Shown in pieces: positions 30,077 through 38,239 of a stretch of 55,558 bases of DNA; the first letter of the stretch is position 1, and every line of letters starts with the position of its first letter. The DNA is taken from positions 1 through 55,558 of IMG/VR virus record IMGVR_UViG_3300021492_000002. The stretch is one strand, 5' to 3'. The notes under the pieces are model-generated. The model was not told the DNA's origin, made no database searches, and worked only from the letters and a program-made list of their open reading frames with translations. Made by a program: the position numbers and the translations under genes. This DNA is from a virus (Duplodnaviria > Caudoviricetes).

Positions 30077-30615
30077 TGATTGTTAGCAAACAATGCATCG
30101 GAACTGATAGAGGTCTTATCTCGCCAAGGAAGTTGGAGCCAGGCTTCATTGTCTACTCATATGCGAAGAATGTATGGATACCAAATATTTTATTGGATAT
30201 CGAGGAGGCAGGCTTCATTAACGTATTACAAATTAAAACATCCAATCCTATAGTAGGGACAATTCATGTGCCTAACATGATAGGGGTAAGATTACATGGG
30301 CGGCTTCTCCTTTTAGACAAAGAACGTTTAAATGATCGGATGCGCATAGGAATTGTTTATGGTTTTCCCATCCTTTTTGAAATAGCAAGGACTATAAGGA
30401 GTCGTATTGGTAAATTATATTTGGGGTTAGTGAATTTGCATAATAAAAATGTGCATCATAGATTACTATTAGATAGAACGCGTAAGTATCATAAGGCAGT
30501 GCCGAAGTTTGGTACTGTGCGCATAAAGGAATTTAAATGGTGTAAGATGTTGGCATATAATTTGGTATTGGAGTATGACCTTCCTACAGTAGTCAATTTG
30601 ACATTACAATTCTGA
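30073..30615 (+). CDS. Stand-alone degenerate Hint (intein-like) domain protein
   Basis: 'IGTDRGLISPRKLEPGFIVYSY' (block A-like), 'VLQIKT...GTIHVP' (block B position, no TxxH), 'AYNLVLE...VVNL' (block F/G-like, no HN). Confidence 0.55.
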   Translation: MMIVSKQCIGTDRGLISPRKLEPGFIVYSYAKNVWIPNILLDIEEAGFINVLQIKTSNPIVGTIHVPNMIGVRLHGRLLLLDKERLNDRMRIGIVYGFPILFEIARTIRSRIGKLYLGLVNLHNKNVHHRLLLDRTRKYHKAVPKFGTVRIKEFKWCKMLAYNLVLEYDLPTVVNLTLQF

Positions 30616-30626
30616 AGGAGGTTGGG

Positions 30627-32420
30627 ATGCAATTTATACCAGTAGAACATATATATGACATAACAGCCCTGCTTGCAACATATCTCCATAAATATGGTCC
30701 TGATTGGTTGAGAAAACTTAGAGAGGATTTGAAAACAACGCCATTATCGAAGCTTATGGCTAATGTTGCTACTGATATCGATATAAGCAGGATGGATGAG
30801 GAAACCGCTCGCTTATATGATTCATTATCGAAAATAGGCGGGCGCTTCGGCATAAGACGCTCACTTAATGCATTCATTACCATGGATATTGATACCTATA
30901 AAGCCAAACTAGAAGATAATAGGTATAAGCTACTCCAAGAATTTAAGTATGAATTCAATGATCCTACTTTTTTATTAAATCCCCCTGACGATGCTCCTGT
31001 CCCTAATGTAACAGAATTCGGTCAGTTCTTAGGTATTATTGATGCTCTTGTATCAAGGGCTATTCCTTTTGCTATAATAAAGGATGATGCGCTACATGTT
31101 ACATCATTATTCATAAAAACATTCATTAACATGCGTGACCTTGGATTATTTGAGAATACAACATTTGAGAACACTCATTTTCTTATTCATAATGAACAAC
31201 CGGTTGTATGGCAATCATTTGCTGAGGTAATGCAATATAGTGGTCCTTATTTAAGCAGTTTCGATACGGTATTTGTGATGCCTGAATTTCAGGGTTCCTA
31301 TGATGAATGGCAATTTATTCTTAGTCTTATTGAGCAAGCAGGTATTCCGATTTTATTTGTTGAAGGTCGAACGATTGAACCGTTCGTAAGTTACTTAACA
31401 GGTTATCTGAAAGATCAATCCGATATTGTTATATTAGATCCTAAAGAAACGAAGAGGCCGTGGGTTAATTATCTTATTAATTTCAGGAATAGGGTAAGAA
31501 GCACGCTTCATATAGGTCCAAAGTTGCAACCCACAGAGACAACGAAAGCTTATAAGTCTTATGTTCGTTCAGCGCTTCCAATTATTAAGCAGATGGAGCA
31601 TGAGAACATTTCATCTTTTATAAGCAAGCGCTTCTTCGAGCAGGAGAAAATTGTTGATGATATTATTAAGTGGATTCTCTTACACAAACATCTTGCGGTA
31701 AAGGAACCGCTGAAGCGGCCTTTTAGTATGCTATTTGTTGGTACAACAGGTACGGGTAAGAGCTATCTCGCGCGGCTTCTTATTGAATACTTCGATGTTC
31801 CTTCGTATACCATACATGGTAGCCTATTTAGTGAACAACATACGATAAGGATTTTATTAGGCGCGCCACCTAGTTATGTGGGTTTCGGTTTAGTACCTGC
31901 CTTCGAGAAGTTCTTATCACAACTAGGTGGATCAGACCAATTTCCTGCTGGTATCCTTGTTATTGACGAAGCTGAAAAGATGTGTCTTGAGGTTGTGAAT
32001 CGCATATTGGTGCCTCTTCTAGATGGTGAAGGCATACAGTTTGCTGATGATAAACATATTGTCCCGTATAATCTTATGGTGATCGCAACAGCTAACGGTG
32101 ATGCAGCAGAGCTATCTAAAAGCATAGGATTTGAACAGCAGGTTCTTGATGATCAAAAAATGGTGATGGAGGCCATTGAGAAGTACATGACACCAGAGGT
32201 ATTGGCCCGCTTCACGGCCGGGTATTTCTTTTATCCTCTTTCGGTTGATGCTTTGTATAAAATTGCTGTTAGGGAGTTTAAGCGATATGCTAATGATTTG
32301 TTTAACGATGAAGTGGCGAAAAAATTACGATCGTTTGCAGAGAGGGCCAAGCATGCAAGAGATGTGGAGCGGCAGGCCCTCATGTATGCATTCTCATTGG
32401 TGAAAGGGGGTGATTTATGA
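30627..32420 (+). CDS. ClpA/ClpB-type AAA+ ATPase (second-ring domain only) with unknown N-terminal half
   Basis: Walker A GTTGTGKS, pore loop LLGAPPSYVGF, Walker B ILVIDEAEK, 'IATAN', 'PEVLARF'. Confidence 0.85.
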   Translation: MQFIPVEHIYDITALLATYLHKYGPDWLRKLREDLKTTPLSKLMANVATDIDISRMDEETARLYDSLSKIGGRFGIRRSLNAFITMDIDTYKAKLEDNRYKLLQEFKYEFNDPTFLLNPPDDAPVPNVTEFGQFLGIIDALVSRAIPFAIIKDDALHVTSLFIKTFINMRDLGLFENTTFENTHFLIHNEQPVVWQSFAEVMQYSGPYLSSFDTVFVMPEFQGSYDEWQFILSLIEQAGIPILFVEGRTIEPFVSYLTGYLKDQSDIVILDPKETKRPWVNYLINFRNRVRSTLHIGPKLQPTETTKAYKSYVRSALPIIKQMEHENISSFISKRFFEQEKIVDDIIKWILLHKHLAVKEPLKRPFSMLFVGTTGTGKSYLARLLIEYFDVPSYTIHGSLFSEQHTIRILLGAPPSYVGFGLVPAFEKFLSQLGGSDQFPAGILVIDEAEKMCLEVVNRILVPLLDGEGIQFADDKHIVPYNLMVIATANGDAAELSKSIGFEQQVLDDQKMVMEAIEKYMTPEVLARFTAGYFFYPLSVDALYKIAVREFKRYANDLFNDEVAKKLRSFAERAKHARDVERQALMYAFSLVKGGDL

Positions 32421-32824
32421 ATTCAATAACAATCGTCGGTACCATTGCTAGCAAGATAATGCATACAAATGGTCAATACGGTTGTTACCTGAAGGATGAT
32501 GATAACCTGTTTTACGTCTGGATGAGTGAGGGTATTATAAAGAGGGTGAAGGCCGGGTCCATATTGAACAAAGGCACCGAGGTTTTTATTATAGGGCGTG
32601 TAATACATACATTTAATAAGAATGGCAAGACGATCATTGCTGTCGGCGCCTATAAGCTACAACCCCTTGCATCAGTTGCTCTTAAGAACAGCATTGTGTC
32701 TCCCAATAAGCCGAAAAAGAAGAAGGAAGAGAAAAAAGTTGTTGAAGATGAGGACGGAAACGATATAATACCTGTTAATGTCAGGGATATATTAAATGGT
32801 CAATTTGAAGGAGAGGAAGCCTAA
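32417..32824 (+). CDS. ssb: Single-stranded DNA-binding protein (OB fold)
   Basis: MNSITIVG...LNKGTEVFIIGR pattern and acidic tail. Confidence 0.6.
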   Translation: MNSITIVGTIASKIMHTNGQYGCYLKDDDNLFYVWMSEGIIKRVKAGSILNKGTEVFIIGRVIHTFNKNGKTIIAVGAYKLQPLASVALKNSIVSPNKPKKKKEEKKVVEDEDGNDIIPVNVRDILNGQFEGEEA

Positions 32825-33126
32825 TGGAAGTTGGGAAGATTTTATCTGCCTTTGTTAATAGAACAAGTGATGAAAAATATCAATTCCTGAAGAATGAGTT
32901 TGGTACATTATTGAAGTCGAGTAAGGAGCAAATTCCGCAGGATGTATTGGATCTTTTATTCGCTGTAACATATTATATACGGATTAACCCTACCCTTCTG
33001 CGGGGGCTTTCATATGTAGAATCATTAGTCAAGGCCGGCTTTAAGAATCCACGTCTTGATGAACTAAAGGATTCTATTGCAGAAGCACATAAAATTGCCC
33101 GTGAGATATTCATTTCAACAGACTAA
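32824..33126 (+). CDS. Hypothetical protein
   Basis: TAATG coupling and RBS. Confidence 0.6.
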   Translation: MEVGKILSAFVNRTSDEKYQFLKNEFGTLLKSSKEQIPQDVLDLLFAVTYYIRINPTLLRGLSYVESLVKAGFKNPRLDELKDSIAEAHKIAREIFISTD

Positions 33127-33139
33127 ATAAGGAGAAACA

Positions 33140-33562
33140 ATGAGCAAAGAAAATATAAAAGCACTTAAAAAATCACTAAGGAAGCGCATTGAATCGCACG
33201 TTGATTATTTGCAGAGGACTTATGGTGAGCTTTTACACACTAATGAGGTTTGTGCAATATGTGGAATCCTGCATGATACAATGACCTTTATTACAGATAT
33301 CGCAACAGAGATTGGGAAACTTGGTGCTGATGAGCAACGTGCTGTATTGGTCAATTTAATAGTATCATGCATAAAGCTTAAAGGCATAAAAAAGGTTTTG
33401 GTTATACCAATAAAGATGGGCTTATCCTTCCTATTTAAGACACTTCGCTTAACAGAAATCGAGATACCTGAAAAGCAGGCGAAGGCGATAATGTCCATAT
33501 ATGGTATGCTCTTTATGATAATCTCAATGGTGAAGGCAAAGGTTTGTGATGGAAGAAAATAA
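33140..33562 (+). CDS. Hypothetical protein
   Basis: AAGGAG RBS. Confidence 0.6.
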   Translation: MSKENIKALKKSLRKRIESHVDYLQRTYGELLHTNEVCAICGILHDTMTFITDIATEIGKLGADEQRAVLVNLIVSCIKLKGIKKVLVIPIKMGLSFLFKTLRLTEIEIPEKQAKAIMSIYGMLFMIISMVKAKVCDGRK

Positions 33563-33722
33563 GAAGACAAAGCCAATAGCTATTGGTATTGAAGAAATGC
33601 CATTGTACAGATCCTACCTTGATCATTACTTTATGCAGTTTTACCAGTTGATGGAATCCTTCAAGAAGTGGTTCTGTAATCTATCGGAATATCTTGGGAA
33701 GGTTGATTGGTACTATCATTAA
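33549..33722 (+). CDS. Small hypothetical protein (57 aa), absent from the supplied ORF track
   Basis: MEENKKTKPIAIGIEEMPLYRSYLDHYFMQFYQLMESFKKWFCNLSEYLGKVDWYYH* fills the gap exactly. Its TAA overlaps the convergent sigma gene stop. Confidence 0.5.
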   Translation: MEENKKTKPIAIGIEEMPLYRSYLDHYFMQFYQLMESFKKWFCNLSEYLGKVDWYYH

Positions 33723-34426
33723 GCCGCCGGCTCATCAATAATAATTGTCCCGTCAATAATCCATTCTTCAAGCTTATGAGCTTCATCAGTACTCAAACCG
33801 TAACCAATGCAGAACCCATGTTTACCCATTAATAGTGTTGATCTAATGAAGGCAAAAACGGTTGGATCGAGGTTCTCTTCCATTATGCTAAGAATCTTAC
33901 TTCCTACATCTGGTGGAGATAATTCTCTATGCGTATCAATGTCCTCATCTATTGGGATAAATCCATCCTTGGCAAGTTTGACAGCTTTACTTAGTGCTGA
34001 TTCATCATCATCGAGATCAATATTAGCCTCTGTTGTACCTGGTAATGCGATAAAATATCCACTTCTTGTTATAGCCCGTCTGATAGCCTTTCTGACATTG
34101 TAAAATACGACAGAGCTGAATGTACTCCCCTGTTCACATCTCCATGTTCTGATAGCGTTATGTAATCCTATGATAGCGATGTCATACATCTCTTGGCGCT
34201 CAAATGGTGCCCAGTGAAAGTAGTTTGTGATGATATCAACAATTAGCTTATGTGAACGCCTTATAAGCTCTTGGAAAATGCTATCATAAAGAGGTTGCGT
34301 ATCGTCGATTTTAGTAATAAGCGCTAGTTCATCAGTTTCAAGCCAGCGGAAAGCAGTTGCATATTCCTCGAACGATGCATAATCATATGTGGTGCGAGTT
34401 GTTGTTTGGTTTTCAATTTCTATCAT
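33719..34426 (-). CDS. Sigma-70-family RNA polymerase sigma factor
   Basis: Region 2 pattern ELIRRSHKLI...QEMYDIAIIGLHNAI...GSTFSS...VRKAIRRAI...IALP. Region 4 is divergent. Confidence 0.8.
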   Translation of the reverse strand: MIEIENQTTTRTTYDYASFEEYATAFRWLETDELALITKIDDTQPLYDSIFQELIRRSHKLIVDIITNYFHWAPFERQEMYDIAIIGLHNAIRTWRCEQGSTFSSVVFYNVRKAIRRAITRSGYFIALPGTTEANIDLDDDESALSKAVKLAKDGFIPIDEDIDTHRELSPPDVGSKILSIMEENLDPTVFAFIRSTLLMGKHGFCIGYGLSTDEAHKLEEWIIDGTIIIDEPAA

Positions 34427-34761
34427 GATATGATTTTTATTGTTGCTTCTATGTTATATTGAGTGTTTTTAAGGTCTGTATCTTTGCTGGGAAGCATATA
34501 TAGGATAAGCTCGCCGTCGGGCTTATAGGTGATAGCTTTAAATGGGCTATTATCTAATAACCATGTATTACCTGATTCATATTCGTTGTGTGCCAACAGA
34601 TACGCAAGAACTAATTGTTTTTTTGTGTTGTTATGCTTTGATACTATTGATTCATATAGTTGTCTATAATACTTCATCCTCAGGTAGTAGCGCGTGCTTA
34701 TAATCACCCCCGCTAATAGTATCGATAAATTCGTCAACAGTAAAATAACCCACGATATCAT
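34423..34761 (-). CDS. Membrane-anchored hypothetical protein
   Basis: N-terminal TM segment ISWVILLLTNLSILLAGVII, overlapping the helicase 3' end. Confidence 0.55.
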   Translation of the reverse strand: MISWVILLLTNLSILLAGVIISTRYYLRMKYYRQLYESIVSKHNNTKKQLVLAYLLAHNEYESGNTWLLDNSPFKAITYKPDGELILYMLPSKDTDLKNTQYNIEATIKIIS

Positions 34762-36172
34762 GTCCTTCCTCCTGATAAGTTTTTATTCTCTTTTTCACTA
34801 ATCCTTGTAATATTCCATCCTTATCATGGTCATGTAGATCAACAATCATTGGTTTACTTTTTCCTGTCGCGTGTCGGAGGATCCTACCAATAATCTGTAC
34901 ATGTAGCAGCTTGGATGCAAATGGTGTTGCATTAACAAGGCAATCGAGTCTTGGTAGATCAAATCCTTCCATAATTATTTCAGTAGTCGCAATTATTATC
35001 TGCTTAAGCTTAATGTTCTGTCGTTCCTTTTTCTTTCTTTGTGAATGTATCGCTCCAACATCATCAGGATTAACTCCCTCTTGTTTGATGAAGTTATCAT
35101 AGAGCCCATCAACCATCTTCCTTGTCGGTGTTGCAACGATTACATATTTACCTCGTTTATAAAGAGCCATTATAATGTTGAGAAGCATTCTGAGTCGTTC
35201 TTTATCTTTTGTGATGCGTGATTTTAGGTGAGCTATTTGTTTACGTGTATCTGATAAGAATGATGTAGATGGATATGTGCGCTCTGTATCAACGATATAA
35301 ACATCAGCGCGCCACAGAGTTGGATCTGTTGCTGATATTAAATCTTTACCGAGAAGCCAATGTACAACAGGGAAGAGGCCGTCGGTTCTATATGGTGTTG
35401 CTGTTAATCCTAGGCGGTACCTTGCTGGTGATAGAAGTACTGTGCGGAAGAACATTGGTGCAGAAACACGATGTACCTCGTCAGCTATGAGGAAGGGAAA
35501 TCGTTGTAGAAGCGGCGCCTTCTTCTCCATATTTCTGAAGAACCATTGATATGTAGCTATCAGGATGTCAGCATTTTTATAGTTTTTATCCTGAGTGGTT
35601 GCTATTTTCACATTCTCAAGAAACCTATGTGCTGTATTGTACCACTGATCTTGGAGAAGTTTTGTGTGGACCAATACTACTGCACGTTTTTTACAATGTG
35701 CTATAAGATAGAGAGCAACAACTGTTTTCCCGGATCCTGTGCGTGCTTGTATTATGCCACACTTTTTCTTTAGCCATTGTGAAGCCGCGGCTTCCTGATA
35801 ATCACGCAGCTTTCCATCAAAGTGCACATCCTTAATGTCTGGTGTTGTAATACGTTTATCATAATATTTTATGTTGTATGTGAGTAGAAGATCCTTTACA
35901 GGAGCATAAAGAGGTACAAGTAGATAACCGTTTTTGACGGTGTAGAATTTTAAATATTCGGCTTCTCTAATTTCAGGTATTTTTGTACCTGCCTCCATAG
36001 CTGAAATACCTGTGTAATAAGGGTTCTTGATGATGAAGCGCCGGCTTAATCTGTAATCAAAAGCTACCTTATCCTTGGGGATAGCAAGCAGATTGCTGAT
36101 AATAATAGCATTCTTCGGCTGATTATAAAACATACTTATATGTAGGTCTGTAATAGCAATCCATTCATCCAT
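34664..36172 (-). CDS. Superfamily 2 DNA helicase (UvsW/XPB-like)
   Basis: LRDYQ, ARTGSGKT, DEVH, TATP.R.DG, EGFDLP, QIIGRILR. Confidence 0.92.
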   Translation of the reverse strand: MDEWIAITDLHISMFYNQPKNAIIISNLLAIPKDKVAFDYRLSRRFIIKNPYYTGISAMEAGTKIPEIREAEYLKFYTVKNGYLLVPLYAPVKDLLLTYNIKYYDKRITTPDIKDVHFDGKLRDYQEAAASQWLKKKCGIIQARTGSGKTVVALYLIAHCKKRAVVLVHTKLLQDQWYNTAHRFLENVKIATTQDKNYKNADILIATYQWFFRNMEKKAPLLQRFPFLIADEVHRVSAPMFFRTVLLSPARYRLGLTATPYRTDGLFPVVHWLLGKDLISATDPTLWRADVYIVDTERTYPSTSFLSDTRKQIAHLKSRITKDKERLRMLLNIIMALYKRGKYVIVATPTRKMVDGLYDNFIKQEGVNPDDVGAIHSQRKKKERQNIKLKQIIIATTEIIMEGFDLPRLDCLVNATPFASKLLHVQIIGRILRHATGKSKPMIVDLHDHDKDGILQGLVKKRIKTYQEEGHDIVGYFTVDEFIDTISGGDYKHALLPEDEVL

Positions 36173-36178
36173 TGTGTA

Positions 36179-36823
36179 TTACCTCCGGGATTTAACGCTT
36201 ACCTGTGCTCCGTTATAATAGCCGCTCCTCATCGGCAGTATAACAGAGCTATGTTTCACATGCTTATGATATGGCTCGCTTTGATGGCCTAACTTCACAT
36301 GAATAATAGTTATGTTATTATTTGGTTCAATAATATAAGGCACATTGGTTCTCATTAACAAAGCATACAGGAGAGGAAATCTATCATATGGTATGTCAAA
36401 TTCGTCAGGTAGCTGTTTTACTATTTTGCTCTGATATGTTTTCTTCGCAAATGAAACAATGTGTGCTGGGACAGGAAGACTTTCATCATTTAAAAGATAG
36501 TCAATACATGCATCGGGAGGGACATCTATAACCTCAAAAAGGTCTGTTATGTGTCTAACATGGATTGGTTCTTGATCATTTATATTGATGAGCCTAACCG
36601 GGAATGTTCCTTCCAGTCCATTTTCAAAGTCAGGATAGATTTCATTTATTTGCTTCAAATATGCAGACATAGGTAGTGGCAAGACAGTCTTGTTGACATA
36701 TACAGTATCGTATGGAATGCTATACAATTTATGTATGTAACGGCTTTTATAGAAGTCCATGAAGTAAAATGGCGGTGTTGGATCAAATTTGAATCCCTGT
36801 GGTGTTAAATACCATATTTTCAT
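36179..36823 (-). CDS. Hypothetical protein
   Basis: AAGGAG RBS, 214 aa. Confidence 0.6.
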   Translation of the reverse strand: MKIWYLTPQGFKFDPTPPFYFMDFYKSRYIHKLYSIPYDTVYVNKTVLPLPMSAYLKQINEIYPDFENGLEGTFPVRLININDQEPIHVRHITDLFEVIDVPPDACIDYLLNDESLPVPAHIVSFAKKTYQSKIVKQLPDEFDIPYDRFPLLYALLMRTNVPYIIEPNNNITIIHVKLGHQSEPYHKHVKHSSVILPMRSGYYNGAQVSVKSRR

Positions 36824-36832
36824 AGTTACTCC

Positions 36833-37504
36833 TTATAGATGGATAAATATTCCTGGCGCTATTATAATGGTGTCCTCATCGGTAACAAGGTCGAATACAA
36901 CACCACTGTAATCTTCAAATATTCTAACCTCTTCAACATTGCGCACCCAGCCATCGAAGTTTGTTCCTCTCCACTTGTGTAGAGCTGGCGGCTTCCTATT
37001 ATCAGATACAATAGGTTTTAATGTTATTGCAGGTAATCTATCGCCGCTACGCAGTTCCTTGGCATCAATGTATGTCCATCCGCCCTGTCTGATAACACCT
37101 ACTCCAACATCAGCGGCGATTATAAATGTGTTAACCCTTAATGGATCTTCATCTATTGGTTGTTCCATACGTACAGCGACGGCTGCTCCCTTATAGTGAC
37201 GTATGGTCGCGCGCTTAACATTCTTCTGACAGAGAGCAAGTTTGCGTTGGTGAAGCGCGCCGGTTCTATCGTATGTTACAACCGTTGTGGCTATATCACT
37301 ATAACGCCTTAGCATTTCATTCCGCTCGAGATAGTCAAGGTTCGGATAAAGGACCTCCCATGCAACAAGACCTTTTGTTTGTTGTATGTAATTCCATGCA
37401 TCTCTAAGTGTAGGAGCTGACATGTATTCAGTCACATGTAGGTAACCACCTAATGAAAGGATATAGGCATCAATTATTTTAAAGGATCTGACGAACATTT
37501 TCAC
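36833..37504 (-). CDS. Stand-alone degenerate Hint (intein-like) domain protein
   Basis: 'DAYILSLGGYLHVTEY' (block A-like, no Cys1), 'WTYIDAKELRSGDRL', and C-terminal 'YSGVVFDLVT...IIAPGIFIHL*' (blocks F/G with Leu replacing the terminal Asn). Confidence 0.7.
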   Translation of the reverse strand: MKMFVRSFKIIDAYILSLGGYLHVTEYMSAPTLRDAWNYIQQTKGLVAWEVLYPNLDYLERNEMLRRYSDIATTVVTYDRTGALHQRKLALCQKNVKRATIRHYKGAAVAVRMEQPIDEDPLRVNTFIIAADVGVGVIRQGGWTYIDAKELRSGDRLPAITLKPIVSDNRKPPALHKWRGTNFDGWVRNVEEVRIFEDYSGVVFDLVTDEDTIIIAPGIFIHL

Positions 37505-37552
37505 CTCCCTTATGAAATAGATTCATCTAATTCATGTATTATTATTAACATA

Positions 37553-38239
37553 TCATCCACGAGTTCTTTCCTTTTCTTCACTAGATCTCTTAAGCGTCGC
37601 TCCAATGAGCTTGCGGACTGTATATCGAGAAGGCGCAACAGAATCCAAAATAGATTGTAGACTAGATCGGGCCTTCTTAATTTCCTTGTCAAATTCGATA
37701 TATTTATCATAACAAGACCTCCTATAGCGACAGTGGTCGCAGATACCGCCGATCATCACACCTAATCTGAATGGATATCTCAAGGACGTGTACAGGTAGT
37801 CAGTATAATCATTAAAGCTATCAATAATATATAGATAATTACGACGTTGCACAAGTACTTTTTGTATATCAGCTGCCATATTGAACAGCCAGAGATAGAC
37901 AGAACCAACTAAGTGAGCAAGACGGAATGATATACTAGGATTTAATGGAACCCAAATTACATCCTTCTTTATTGTTGTGTAAATGGTGCCTTTAATATTT
38001 ATAATATTAATTTTATGTCCTTGATAATGTAGAGTAACTTGGTTTGGTAATGGTTTAGATTTAAGTGAAAGTAAATCATAATGGAGTTTCCGTTCATCTA
38101 CATAACCTTTTGATATGTCTTTATAAGGAGAGAGACCTGAGTATATGAAGCCGGGGCAGATGAGTTTACCAGCAATGCTCAGAATTGATAACCTCCGGGG
38201 AATTTGTGATTCTACATATGTCCTTGTTGTTTGTTTCAT
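37553..38239 (-). CDS. Degenerate Cas4/AddB-like Fe-S nuclease-fold protein
   Basis: N-terminal 'LS......ICP' plus C-terminal CDHCRYRRSC. No recognisable PD-(D/E)xK acidic residues. Confidence 0.5.
   Translation of the reverse strand: MKQTTRTYVESQIPRRLSILSIAGKLICPGFIYSGLSPYKDISKGYVDERKLHYDLLSLKSKPLPNQVTLHYQGHKINIINIKGTIYTTIKKDVIWVPLNPSISFRLAHLVGSVYLWLFNMAADIQKVLVQRRNYLYIIDSFNDYTDYLYTSLRYPFRLGVMIGGICDHCRYRRSCYDKYIEFDKEIKKARSSLQSILDSVAPSRYTVRKLIGATLKRSSEEKERTRG

Noticed and set aside
37510-37710. 66-aa minus-strand ORF overlapping the end of 37553-38239
   Set aside because: It overlaps the upstream gene by about 160 nt. It may be real because it abuts the next RBS, but I cannot support it independently.
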